A DNA stretch of 64,000 bases from Harriotta raleighana (taxonomy: Eukaryota). A program made the position numbers and the translations under genes. Of this stretch, positions 51,157 to 64,000 are shown piece after piece. The DNA is taken from the NCBI GenBank assembly GCA_050575255.1, contig JBNZDD010013726.1, forward strand, positions 2,611,763 to 2,675,762, read 5' to 3'. The stretch's first letter is position 1; every line of letters begins with the position of its first letter. The notes beneath the pieces are model-generated. The model did not search any database. It was not told the DNA's origin and saw only the letters and a program-made list of their open reading frames with translations.

Positions 51157-54100
51157 TATTTTTGAATCAGCAAAATATTGTCATAACCCAGATGTGAAGG
51201 GAATATTGACTTATCTTTCATAAGCATCAGCTGTCAGAATCCTTTCCAAAATGGTATTGAAAAACTTTGGAATGTTTACTAATCGACTGCTGGAATGAAT
51301 AAACCAACATCTCTCAATACGAGTAGCTTGTGAAGTCAGTTTGTATGTCAACCTGTGAAAATTATGTGATTTTTTTTAAAATTGAGGTTTTCATCATTCA
51401 ACATTTTCCTTTATTTAAAAGGGTTTATTACTTTCTAGTACTTTGGAGGCTTTAGTTCAAGGGGGAGGTTAGGAATCCCCAGCAATATTTATGGCAATTT
51501 GACTAGATGATCAACCAAAACATGGATGGCAATGTTGGATGACATCTTGGTTTGAAGGTTATCACCTCAGTTGAAATTTGTTTTAAAAATCCTCAATGGG
51601 TAAATAGGAGTTGTTTATGAGAAAGCCAAGAGCGAGCACTAATTCAGTTGTACTGAAAGCCCCATTAACGGTCACCACTTTAGCAGCTGTTTGAAGGATT
51701 GGTATGACTGTACCATAGATCCATATTCATCTACTTCAGCTGCTGAGGCAGTCTAGCGTCTGGAGACAGAACGTCAAATGGCTGGGTCTAAATTGCTGTT
51801 CATCTGCTAGGGCATCTGGGTATGAGAGACAGGACTTCAAACTTCAGACACCCATCTATCCTTATAACATGTCAGCAGAACACTTCCTGACATAAGTTCT
51901 ATCAGGGCCAATACAATATCAATCTACACCACAGGTTTTAACCAATTTATCCATTGGAAGCTTGAATAGTACATTTTAGAACCTGAAACATTTTGGATGC
52001 CCAAATAAAACTTGTAGCAGTCATTTGACAACAGTATCTGCTCTCAAGCATTATTTTAAAAGCTGCAAATTTTTCTTTGTGTATCTTCTGTAGGGCGTCT
52101 GTCTAACATTCTGGTTTCACCACGGTACCACAGCATCATTCACTGCCACCAGGTGGGGATTGGGGTAAATGTCCAAACGTAAGGAAGCAAAGATGGTAGA
52201 ATTTTGGGTAAATTGGATTTAAACTAGCTCAGCAATTGGGAGTTCAATTGATGCATGGAAAATGCTCTGTGTCTAGCAGATGTTCCACAAGTTCATTTGA
52301 AGTTTCCTGCTGTTAACATGGATTTAATAAATAACTTGGAAGAGAAGGACATCTAATTGTAGAACATCTCGTGTTCTACAGTTTGTTGAAAACCAAAATA
52401 TGCAGGATGGTAAATTAGTGAAAATAGCATTGTAAATTTGGCACATTTCTGTCGATATATTTTAATGTAGTTAAGTGCAATGTGTTTCATGTTAGATCCC
52501 AACACAAACATATCCAAAATAAAGTAATCATTGATAAAGGGAAATGATTTCACTGTTAATATTCATCATCCACTAAAGATTTCCAGACAATATGAAACTG
52601 CTATCAATTAAAATAATCTAATCCTAAATTATATCTCCAGGACTGGAATAGATGCCAAATTCTGACCTTGTAATTGCTTACTGGCAGGGTACATTTGGAA
52701 TACTGTAAGATTTGGGCACTCTTACATCAAAGGGATATTTATGCATAAGAGACGCTTCACAACAGATCAAGAGAGCTATCTGACCAGGGCTGAATGATGG
52801 AGATGGATGCCAAATTGTGGAATGTTTGCTCATTTGCCAGGGTGTATCTCTTCGTAACTTTCCCCTGAGGGAGATAGACAGAACGAGAATTCTAGAATGA
52901 ATAAATAGTGTGTATGAGTGTATGTGTTTTGTTTGGTGCATAAGAAACAAGCCTGATGTATCAATAGGCCTTTTCTCATTCAAGATGTTCTTGTACTTCA
53001 AACTGAAGAACAGCATGAGATATGCTAGAGAAATGGAGCCTCAGTTTGGCTTAATCCGAGTGAATTAATAAAGGGACATTAACCTTTAAGATGAGAATGT
53101 TGAGTTAAGGTGAATTCAAATTCAATTTGAATGAATGCAGTCAGCAATGCCATAGAGCTCTAATTTAGTTTATTACATGTGCCATGAGAAAGAGAGAGAG
53201 AGTGGGAATTTATGATCCAAATTTCAAAGCTCATTGAGTTTCATCCAATTTATACATACTTCATCCATACACCATTTTCCATTTTTTGATTCATACCATA
53301 AACTGGTTATAGCTCCATAAATCCACAATAAATGAATGCATTTCAGATAAATATGAAATATAGATTACCGATAATTATGTTTTTCAACACTGTGTTACCT
53401 TCCTATAGTCCTGTACTTCAGAATTCTTCAGCATCTCTCAACTCCCAACAAGAAAGTCATGAATTTAATCCCAGCATTGCTTGGCACTTAGCTATCTAAT
53501 TTGACTACATGACACAGATGCTTATAACCAGCACAGATGTTGGTTTATACTGACTGGCAGATTAAAGGCGAACCATCTTCTGGATAAGTAAAATGAGGAA
53601 CTTTATTTATCTGTTTGTTTGTCCAATATAATATAAAAATGTGCATCACATTTAAACATATTATGTTGCAACCCTTATGCACCAATGACATTCAACATCA
53701 AATCTGTTCAAGTCTATTTAGCATTTCTCATTCTTCTGCAACTGGTAATTAGAAGCTGGTGGGTAGGGCTTTATTTGAGCTCAGTATTTGTTTTCCCAAC
53801 TGTACATTGGTGCAAACAGTGAGAAGAGAAACAGATTCCCTGTTGAGTATAAAACCAGCATCACTGTTTGCAATGGCCACTATTGGGACTTGGGAACAAT
53901 CTGGATGTAGCAGGCTATTATTAGCAATTTATTAGCACAGCATGAGAATGGGATATAAGTCATCTGATTATAAAAACAAAGTTATTAATGTATAATAACT
54001 TTGTTAGCCCCGGTGTTACAGTATCACAGTGCTTAATATCAAGAAGATCACCACTTACAGTCAATAGGTAATTATTGAATAAGCATTACAATTTAGCTGT

Positions 54101-54399
54101 GGTCGCCAATGAGACAGAATCTAATAAAACAAGTCTTACTAATGCTATAATCCAGCAGATGTCATGGAAACAAAGTTGAGCAATGTATATGAAAGGGCTG
54201 AACACTTTAATCTTCTTGAACCCTATCATTCCATTAATAGATTTTGTGGATTGTTCACTAATGCCATTATAATGACTCAGTATGAACTGTTTGTTCATTT
54301 GTTTTGATTTTATATTGTTGGGTGAATATTTGAGTTGTCAATATAAGGGATGTCAGCATATAAAATGGACCATTTTACCTTCATTTACCCTAAGATAGC

Positions 54400-55180
54400 A
54401 TCAAACGTACTAATCAAGAAATATGTATTCGGGCAGTTCCCACTAAGGTACATGAGGGAGGAGAAGCAGTAGAGGAAGGTGTGATTGACAGTATTGAATG
54501 TGGCAGAGAGGTCCAGGAGAATGAGGAAGTAGAGGGAGCCCTGGTCACAGAGAGATAGAATCTCATTTGTTGCTTTTAATAGCACTGTTGGGACGTCCTC
54601 CTGACATGAAACGCGCTTTATAAGTGTAATTTTGTTGTTGTTGTTGTTGTTGTATGTGTACTGTCGCTGTACTTTGGGCAAGGTGTGGGATTTGGGTGAG
54701 GAATGGAGGAAGGGGTATGAGAAGTTGATTTGCGAAGACACATTTAAGACCTTTGGCCAGGAAGGACAGATTTGAGATGGGTCTGAAGTTTGTGCAGTTA
54801 GAGGAATCAAAGCTAGATTTTTTAAGAAGAGGAGTGATGATAGCAACTTTGAGAGGGAGTGGGACGGAGCCTGAGGAGAAAGACTGGTTGAGTGACTGGT
54901 TGAGTATATCAGCCAGCAGTGGGCAGAGCAGGGGAAATGACCAGAAACTGGGTGGATCCAGGAAGCAGGTGGTTGGCTTCATCTGAGTAATGTTGGAGCA
55001 AAGAGAGGAGAGAGCAATGGAGGAAAGGGGGAATATAGGGTAGGGGCTGTGGTAGGAGGAGAGGGTGATGAAGGAGGCATGAGGGCGGAGAAGGAGGAGG
55101 TAGCCTGGTGGATGTTATCTATCTTAGAAATAAAGAAGTCCAGGACTTCTTCACACAGAATCAGAAGTGATTCCTTTACC
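54400..55180 (-). mobile_element. Older L2 LINE, RT N-terminal region, with a nested + strand L2 tail at ~54588-54652
   Basis: MKPTTCFLDP, GSVPLPLKVAIITPLLKK, NFRPISNLSFLAK, LLKATNEIL, LILLDLSATFNTVNH; interrupted by TTGGGACGTCCTCCTGACATGAAACGCGC...(TTG)n. Confidence 0.92.
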
Positions 55181-55569
55181 TGCACAATACCTGAGAGACA
55201 CCCTCATTCAACCACTAAACCCAAACACTCTGCATGTAAACACATGCTATGCACCAGCACCCAGGCACATTTCTCTCCCTCTTCTTTTCTGTTTAAATGC
55301 AGTTTTGCAGAACTGGAATTGCTTGTGAAAAAATGTTTTCCATTTGTTGGACAACTCAGTGTACATCAAGCTAAGGAATGTGTGTGCAGAGAGTGTAAAA
55401 TAATATTATTCTTAGGGCCAGTATGAAGCATACTGGGTCAGGCATAGCATAACTGTGTTAACAGAATAGCTCCTTCTACATTGTCCCCAACACTACATCT
55501 TAAGAGCAACCTCGGAGAAGTAGTCTCATATTGCACTGGTGTGAAGATTTCCACTTTCCACATCACCCA

Positions 55570-55912
55570 TCCAAAGGCTTTTCTAGCATGGGATGAAATG
55601 CTACTATTTATATTGTGGGGTTCAATGCAAAGACCGAGGATCCCGTTGCAATGCATTGGCCCTGCTTCTATCTTGGGATGGAATCCCCAACATAACACAA
55701 GCACTTGTTACAAAGCTTCAAAACACGACTATTTACAGTTTGCGGACCTTCCCGCAGTACAAATTGCTAGTTGAAAGCTGCTCTTGCAATGTCATGTCCG
55801 TGGTCAAAGGGATTGATAATGACTGTACCATTCTATCCTGTGAAGTGCTTTAAGAAAACTCGACACTGTGATAACGAGCTTGATCAAATGCAAGGATTAA
55901 TTATTATTATTT
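55570..55912 (+). mobile_element. Highly diverged Deu-domain SINE
   Basis: GGATGAAATG, GATCCCGTTGCA, CAGTTTGCGGA..CAAATTG, CCTGTGAAGTGCTTT...TCAAATGCAAG(ATT)n. Confidence 0.45.
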
Positions 55913-58859
55913 CCAATCGTTCCATAGAAGAATCAGGTTGACATGACAGAGCTTTGAAAAAAAACAATTCTTTACTGTACAACTTCTAGATTCGAAGTGT
56001 TTAGAACAAGAGGATTGTAACAACTCTCAATTGTCTCTTAACTGCCTCCAGATACTTTGCAGTATTCAATCAGAAACGGAGGCAGAAGATCAATTATGAA
56101 AAAGAAACTGTAGTCGGGCATCTTCCATTACAAGCAATTAGAAACATGAAACGCTTAATTGTTTACCTGTACAAGCAAAACCTAGGGAGATAATTCATTA
56201 GAACTTGAGTCTGATTCAAAGGAACAACTTCTAGGATCACAATTCCCCAGAATAGATTATAATATTTATAGCACAATTGAAATTTATATATAGTACTGTA
56301 GTGCCTTTCATTTCTCGAGGACTCAAAGCGCTTTGCAGTATTGGTTGGCCACCCAAGCTGTGGGGGGAGCTGAGGGTTGATTGGGAGGGGAAAGGTAACC
56401 AGAGTTCCAGAATCTGCTGGCAAAATGGCTGAATTACAGCTGAAATTTCAAACATGTACAGCAACATACCACAAGCATATGATACATTATATAACATCCT
56501 AGCTTAATTGTAACAGTGGCTCATTATTACATTAGTGGTGTCCAGAGGCCGCACACACCCTGGCCTTTCACAAACCCCAAATCAGATGCCTTGCTTATGT
56601 CTTTATGTCTTTGAAATACACTGAAACTAGCTTTATATGTCATATATATGCACAGGCAGAATTTGTGCATGTGTTTTTTTGTGCTGCTAGGGTGAATTGT
56701 GGCAATGAAGCAGCCTCCCATGGTTAAACCACATGATTTGAACTGGAGTGATAATTGGGTTTAGCTTCCTGCATGTTTCTGGGGAATAGTGCAGCATAGC
56801 ATAACATATGACAGCCTGCTTGGAAACCATAAATATTGCTACTGCTGGAGGAGCTGATAAACACAGGTTTGGAATTGCATTGCTTTCTGCTATGAATGTA
56901 GCTGAATGCATTCTGCTGCGCTCATACCCTTAATAGGATTATCAGTCGGAGCAGAGACAGCCAAATGGTGCGTGATATTGAGTAAATGGATGAGGTAGGT
57001 TCATTGGACCCAAAGATATGGCGCTAAAGTGTACTGCTAGGAGAAAGATGTGGGCTTGGTATTATTCAAGTCCACTGGAACTTGCTCTTATTTAACAAAA
57101 ATATGACAAAGATGCAAGGAATAGGCCAAAACACCAACATGGAAATCATGATTAAAATATAAAACAACAATTAGAACCATTAACTCTGACTACTTTGTGT
57201 GATGCACTTCTATATATTCTGTGCAATATCTGACCTGCAAATAATTTGATGCAGGAAAGTAGAATTTTTTTTCACTTGATATCTAATCACTTGGCTGTTG
57301 AGCACAGAAATGTTAACATTGGTAATCTGACACTAGTAACACATGCAGCTGTTTGGCTCAATTTCAGTTACTGTGAATATAGATTGAAAGTAACTTGTCA
57401 GCTCCCTACAGCAAAGAGGCTGATATTTGAGAACATGACAAGCTGCGTGTAGAGCTGCGTGGAAGAACCTGTATCCGTCTATACAGTGTCTCAGATAGCA
57501 CAGCAGCTGTATGAGCCTGTCTTCTGTAAATGTGGTTTGCAGTTCCTGATTGGACAAGTATATTATAAACTTAGCAGTATCAACTTGAACAATGTATGTC
57601 AAAGTGCTCTGAATTGAAGCATGTGATGACTGTCTAGTACACAGCCAGAGTTCGCGATGTTTGATTCTGAAACATGCTGTGTCAAAAGCCATTGATGTGC
57701 CCATTATGAAAATTGTACATACTCACTGGGTGACATTGAAGAAATCAGAAATACAGGAGCTCAGTTCATTGTGTGGAATTCCTCATGGGAGAAAGTGGAT
57801 GAAGGCCCAGCAGTTTGTGTTTCGTAAAGATACTTCAATTCTCACCTTAACCTCCCTGGAGAAACACCGCAAAATAATAAAACCAAAGCTTTTCCATTTC
57901 TATGGACACTGGATGGAATTTCGACATAAATAATCAATTGATTAGGCTCAGTAGATAAACAAACCATCTGATGTAGCAAAAACTGCACATCAGAAACATA
58001 CAGTTTTTATTCCAGTTTTTTTTGCTGAGTTAGCTGATGTCACTGAGGATGTGGGGGTGCAATAAAATTTTTTAAATTGTTTTTGACTGGAATGTAGAGG
58101 AGAAGGCGGAATTCAGATGGCTTTGTGGTCCTCAGCCCTAAACTGCAAGCCCTGGTGTTAAGTGCAGCTATCTGATACCCATATACTCTAAGAATCTGCC
58201 TTATTATACTATAGGTTCACCTATAAAGACAACCTGGGCATCATTGAACGACAATGAAGTATGAATCTCTTGCTCTTTTCCTCTCTTTCACTCTTTGTTT
58301 CTCGCCAACCAATGAGACTAATCCCCTTGTAAAAACAAGAATGCATCAAAATAAACCAGAACCTTTAGTGTGTGTACCAATGAGGTGGGCTGATTTGCTC
58401 CGTCTCACTGTTCATCTCTATGGCTGTAAAATATCTCATTAACTCATCTCAATGTCTTTTCAACCAGCTTTAAATACTCAATCCAACCTAAATTATGCAG
58501 TTCTTAAATATATAGTTCACTTAAATATATACTTCAGTTGCATTTAAGTATGGACTTTTAAAAATATATATATTTTATTGAAGCTTCCAATGGTTTATAA
58601 CAATGTTAATTTCCATTCAAGTGCTAAATTCAGCCATTGCCTGCACACTTAATGTGCAAATTAATGACTCAATTTCAATCTTTGCAAATGCAGATCCGTA
58701 CCATTTGTCTTAAATAAATTGGTTTAACTCTACATGATTCACTGACTGGAGTTCAAAAACTGTTATCATACTGGCTCATGATGAAGGAAAAAGCACTTGT
58801 GTATCATGCGTCTCAAACCCAATTTGAACCAGTTCTGATGATGTCAGAGGTCTTAATAA

Positions 58860-60436
58860 TAATAGCAATAAGAATAATAATCATTGCATTTGATATAGCA
58901 CCTCATCATGTCAAAACATCTCAAAGTGCTTCACTCAGTCTTACCATGAAGGGTATTTGTAGTAGAACATAATAGCCATTTTCCACATAAAAATACCCCA
59001 CAAACTGCCATGAACAACAACAACAACAAGATTGCATTTATAAAGTGCGTTTCATGTTGGGAGGATTTCCCAAGTCGCTGGAAAGTTGGTTTAGGACCCG
59101 AGCAGGGGGAAATGATCAGGGTGAGGGGAGGGAGGGAGCGAGGAGGGGGTAGAGAGTCGAGAGGGGAGCTGAAGGCACGGTCGAAGAGAAAGGTCTTGAG
59201 ACCGGCCTTGAAAGAGGAAAGGGAGGGAGCGAGGCGAAGGCAGTGGGGGATGGAGTTCCAGAGCCTGGGGGCTGAGCGGCTGAAAGCCCGGCCGTTGATG
59301 GTAGGGCGGTTAGAGCAGGGGATGTGGAGCAGACCAGAGCCAAAGGAACGGAGGGTACGGGCAGGTAGATAGAGGGATAGTAGATCAGAGACGTAGTAGG
59401 GAGCAAGGCCGTGAATGGCCTTGTAGGTAAGGATGAGGATCTTAAATTCGATCCGCTGGGAGATGGGGAACCAGTGGAGACAGGCAAGGGTGGGAGTGAT
59501 GTGGTCACGAAGCCTGGAATGGGAGAGTACACGAGCTGCAGAGTTCTGGATGATCTGCAGCTTGTGGATGGAGGAGCTGGGAAGGCCTACGAGGAGAGAG
59601 TTCCCATAGTCCAGCCTTGAGGTGATGAAGGCGTGGACTAGTGTTTTAGCAGCATGACGGGTGAGGTAGTGTCGTAGCCTGGCGATGTTCCGGAGGTGGT
59701 GGAAGGCAGTGCTAGTTGTGGCGCGGATGTGGGGGAGAAAGGACAGCTCAGGGTCAAATAGAACACCGAGGTTCCTGACTGGCTTTGCGAGGTGGAGAGT
59801 GCAGCCTTGGATGTTGATGCTGTCAGCACTCGAGTTGCGGAGGCGCTGACGTTAGCCAATCAGGAGGGCCTCGGTTTTCCGGACATTGAGCTGAAGAAAG
59901 TTGTCTCTCATCCAGGACTCGATGTCAGACAGGCAGGCTGTCAGGATATCGGTAGTCGTGGAGTTGAGGGTAGAGGAGGAAAGGTAGAGTTGGGTGTCAT
60001 CCGCATACATGTGGAAGTTAACCCCATATTTGCGGATGATGTCACCAAGGGGGAGCATATAGAGGGTGAAAAGGAGAGGACTGAGGACAAAGCCCTGAGG
60101 GACTCCGCACGAGACAGTGCGGGGGCTGGAGGAAAAGCCATTTGAGGATAAATAAGTAGGTGATAAGTAAATGAAGTAGATGACCAAGATTTGTTATATC
60201 TGGGATTGCTGGCCAAGGCACTGGCTGCCACACCCTTCTCTTTTCAATGAAAATTGTCAATGAACAAACATCTGAGACTTTGGTTTTACGTCTCATCCAA
60301 AGGATGGTACCACTAAAAATCCTGCATGTTCCCAGTTCTGTACCGAAATATCAGCCTAGATTATGAGCTCCAATTTCCAACTTGAATCCACAACCTTCTA
60401 ACTCACAGGCAATGTGTTATCAACCGAGCCAGACTG
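58860..60436 (-). mobile_element. Deu-domain SINE split by an L2 insertion (pieces ~58860-59014 and ~60171-60436)
   Basis: Left piece TTGCATTTGATATAGC...CCCACAAACTGCCATGAA continues after the L2 as ATGAAGTAGATGACCA...ACGTCTCATCC...TCAGCCTAGATTATGAGCTC...CCACAACCTTCT. Confidence 0.7.
59013..60145 (-). mobile_element. L2-clade LINE, 5'-truncated, same subfamily as 39996-41020
   Basis: [39 protein letters not shown] followed by a premature stop; (CAA)n tail at 59013-59029. Confidence 0.97.
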
Positions 60437-60865
60437 GCTGCTGCTGTAATAACATCAGTGGAGACCAAGAGTTGCAGTTGGATGACACACAACTTTTCTC
60501 TGGCACATTTTCCCCAATTTCTACTGCTGTTTTACTTAAGGTGGTGCCCAATCAAGAGAAACATTAAAATATTTCTTGCCCAGTAATGCCCAAGCTATGT
60601 ATTGCTAAATAGAGTGAAAGAAGAACTTATAATGTTTTATCATGTTTGAAATATTTTCAAGCATTTCATAGGAATTGCTGTGACATCTAGTGACTAATTT
60701 TGCACGAGAAACCATTTGCGTCAGGAAGATAAGATCCCCAAAAACGTCATCAGAATTGGCAGAATACAAAGAGAAATTTCATCTCTTCTGGAATAGTGTC
60801 AGTGAATCCTTAACATTCATCTGATCAATCAGAATGGATTTTGTTTGAATGATTCACCAGGGTGT

Positions 60866-61184
60866 TGGACTGACTCAGTTGAGAGCATTCTTGCCTCTGA
60901 GTCAGAAGATTCAAGTTCTATGATGGGACATTGAGCTCACAGTCCAGGTTGAAACTTCAGTGCAGTACTGGGAGGGTTGCATTGTGGAGGTACATACTAC
61001 CTCCACAATGCAACCACAATGTCTAGTAGACATTAAAGATCCCATGGCACTATTCGAAAAGAAAAAGGAGTTTCTCCAATTGTCCTGGTCAAGAATCCTC
61101 CAAATAAAATTGAATCACTTCATAGCTGTCTGTGGCACACTGCTGTACAAAATTGGTTCACCTACAAAATACAATCACTACACT
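60866..61184 (+). mobile_element. Deu-domain SINE lacking its 3' tail
   Basis: GACTCAGTTGAGAGCATTCTTGCCTCTGAGTCAGAAG, CAGTGCAGTACTGGGAG, AAAGATCCCATGGCACTATTCGAA, GCTGTCTGTGG. Confidence 0.8.
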
Positions 61185-61186
61185 AT

Positions 61187-61448
61187 GCTTCACAGAATAT
61201 ACTGTAAAGTGAATTGACTGTATATTTGTGGGTGAAATGCAGCAGCCAATTGCACACAGCAGTGTCCCACAAACAGTCATGGATTGAAATGATCAATTTT
61301 TATTATTGTGGTTTTGTTTTGGATGGATTATTGTCAAGTGTGTGTGGAGTAAGAAAACTTGCCCAAGGTTTCGCCCTGATCTGCCTGGATTCGATCACAG
61401 GTCTCATGCTTGTAAGGCGAGTGCTCTAACCACTGAGCTGCAGGAGCT
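61187..61448 (-). mobile_element. tRNA-derived SINE lacking its 3' tail
   Basis: Reverse complement of the 17362 SINE: GTGTCCCACAAACAGTCATGGATTGAAATGA, GTGGAGTAAGAAAACTTGCCCAAGG, CTCTAACCACTGAGCTGCAGGA. Confidence 0.88.
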
Positions 61449-61957
61449 AAAGACAATACTTCCAAAAATGCATTACTCCGACTTGCCAGAATGTCAACCG
61501 AGATATTGTCTAGGATGTAAAGTGTCAAAGTAAAATCCTGACCCACAATTTTCTCACTCAAGAATAACAGTGCCCCTCATTAGAGCCGTATTGACATGCA
61601 TACAATCAAATACAATAAGCTGACTAGAAATAAGATGACTTCACTGAAATTATAAGTTAGACTTGTTGCCCAAATAAGGTTGACTCAGTTCAGTATAAAG
61701 GTTACGTTTTCAAAAAGCACTTGTAAAAAATCATCCAAGAGCTTTGTTTGTTTTCCTAATTTTTTTTAAAAAGCTGATTTTTTCCCCTCTTCTCTCTCTT
61801 TTTCTCCCTCCCCCCTCTCTTGTATGCCTGGTGTTACAACCCCTTTGCTTGTTTCCTTTTACTTGCTTTGTGCTACTAGTTTCCTTAATGTTGATTGAAT
61901 CGAAACACAAAATTTGTCTGACTGCAGTTGTTCCTGCCACCCCTGCCTACCCCTCCT

Positions 61958-61970
61958 GGGTCAGAGTTCA
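61958..61970 (+). promoter_or_regulatory. Perfect DR1 nuclear-receptor motif
   Basis: GGGTCA-G-AGTTCA inside a repeat-free, CpG-retaining stretch (~61700-62340). Confidence 0.3.
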
Positions 61971-64000
61971 CGCTTTCACTTACAAAATACCCAGTCACTG
62001 GAGCTTTACAGTCAATCGTGTGAACACAGATCGCATTTGCACAGCACGAGTTCAGCCCTGGCTTTTAGGTGAGATTTTATCATGGAATCCGAGGAGTGAG
62101 CAGGAAATTGGCTACGACTTATAACAGTAGAACCAATAGACGTGTAACAACAGGATTTTGAGGAAACAACGGGCATTCATTTTTTCACACTCATATAGTA
62201 CTTTTTTAACTGATAAGCCAAATAACAGTTCATTAATAACCCTGCTTCCAGCAACATACTCTGCTGCACCACAGCCTAGGCTATGACATGTTAGTTGCGT
62301 TTCTATGGTGACTGAATCCTCGTGGGTTTTTTCCACTCATCCTAAACACATAATAAAATTTTAAAAAATCTGATACAAACAGGAGCAGGGTTGAAATCTC
62401 TTCTTCCAGTGTATTTCTGAGGCAGATCTGGAGGTATTGCTGCCTGTGTTTGATGGAATCTATTGGGGTCGGATAGTTTCTTTACTCATGGGGTCTGTGT
62501 GGAGTTCCATCAAACTGTAAACTGATCCAAGCCAGATGGGTACAAGGAGTGGAAGGACCTAATTGGCTTTTCATGCTATTTGAGTACATGTTACAAGTGA
62601 ATAGTACAAGTAAAAGCTAATGCGCATTACTGCTCTGCCGTGGTTCATTTGCTGCTTCCTTCCTACACTAAATATAGAAAGCTGATAATGTGGGAGGGAG
62701 TCAATCACAGGGATGTGCTGTAATTGTATCGAAGGGTTCAGATGTCAGCAAAGACTGGGAGAGTTGGAGTTTATGACATTGTCTGAAGCACACATATTAT
62801 CCTTGAAATGCGATCAGTCACATTTAATGGAATCAAACAGTCACATCCAGAATTTTCGCTGTCTTGGTAGATTTATTTTTCAACAGTCCGCTGCTTATAT
62901 CTGAGATAAAATGACCACTGCAGGCGATTCAGGGAGATGTCCAAAGAAAGAGGTTATACAGGTGCTTAATTTTGTTATCAGTATTATACTCTTGTCAAGA
63001 AATATTGTGCAATTAATTCCCAGTGAGATATTTGGTCCAGTCGACATCATGTAAAGAGCAGAGGAGAGCAAGGGGCTGATTACAAGGCAGTTATCTAATC
63101 AAGGCTGCAGCTGAAATAAACCAGGGGAGTCCCATCTAGAGTTCTTATTAGATTGGACACACTCCAGGGCACTATTACAGTTTATAATATTTCCTGGCCA
63201 TTATTTGAGTAGTTTGAGGGCTGTTGGTTCTCTATACATCTTACCCTTCACGCCAGTTCAGTAATACAAGGTAAATCAGTTACTGATTCGTAGTCAATTG
63301 TTGGGAATTTCGCTCAATAAGCCACGACAATTGGTTTGTTCAGTGTGAATACATTTCTGCAATTTGGGAATTTTCTTTTCCAAGTATGCTGATGCTCCCT
63401 AATTATCAAGAAACTGCGAGGAAGGGTGCAGTGATCTACAGGAGGGGATAAACCGCTCAGGGGAATGGGCAGCTAGGTGACAATCCTGTGATGGCTTTGA
63501 ATCTTGTCACTGTTCCCAATACTGTATGTAACTGTGATGAATGTTAAGAACACTCTTCTGCATCCAACCTCAATACAACAACAACAACAACAAAATCACA
63601 CATCGGGAGGATGTCCCAAAGCGCTGAGGGTTCAGATGTCTGCAGGCTGGTGTCAGTTAATATCTTTGACTCAGGTTAAAGAATACCCCCTAACTGGCAA
63701 GAGGTTCATTCGATAAAGTGTTTAGCTGCAGATGGTACGACATACAATACGTACATACATTCGTTCCTTGAAATAAAAGTAAAAAACACACAGCACCTGT
63801 GTTAAGTGCTAGCTTTCATGTATTTCCTGTTCCATTTGATTTAAGAAAAATAATAACAAATCCTTGCCCACTACTAAAATAAGTTCTATATATAAACAAG
63901 AAAATGAGTCAGTGCATTGTAATGTGCAGTTGTTGCCTCGGAAACATAGTCCTGTTTTTGTGCTGTACAGAAACTGTCAGTATCTCTGTTGCACGTGATA

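Noticed and set aside
52146-52160. CTCF-like CCACCAGGTGGGG
   Set aside because: Mismatch at a key position of the core (GGC expected); single motif with no other support
57333-57933. ORFs of 123 aa (-) and 90 aa (+)
   Set aside because: No homology, no convincing splice sites; consistent with chance ORFs
1-64000. CRISPR arrays, operons, rRNA or prokaryotic defence systems
   Set aside because: The sequence is eukaryotic and gene-poor; the periodic repeats are degenerate and lack an identical-repeat/unique-spacer structure

Overview
AT-rich, essentially non-coding vertebrate DNA (large intron or intergenic region). The repeat content points to a cartilaginous fish, probably a chimaera/elephant-shark relative; this is inferred, not proven. 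It comprises L2 LINEs with (TTG)n tails, tRNA-headed and Deu-domain SINEs, CR1 3' ends, a Penelope-like GIY-YIG element and Tc1/mariner (Tigger-like) MITEs. I could not recognise any host protein-coding exon, and most listed ORFs are chance or transposon-derived. Four observations stand out. (1) A ~120-bp diverged direct duplication whose two copies both end in a perfect DR5 retinoic-acid response element. (2) Penelope terminal fragments carrying minimal hammerhead-ribozyme cores, including a fold-back element with a 12-bp target-site duplication whose inversion point lies in the ribozyme core. (3) Two L2 insertions at almost the same position of the SINE Deu-domain. (4) Several weak candidate minus-strand exons. 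Four single-N sites with duplicated flanks look like assembly joins. Repeat family names come from memory of consensus motifs, and identities are estimated by eye.
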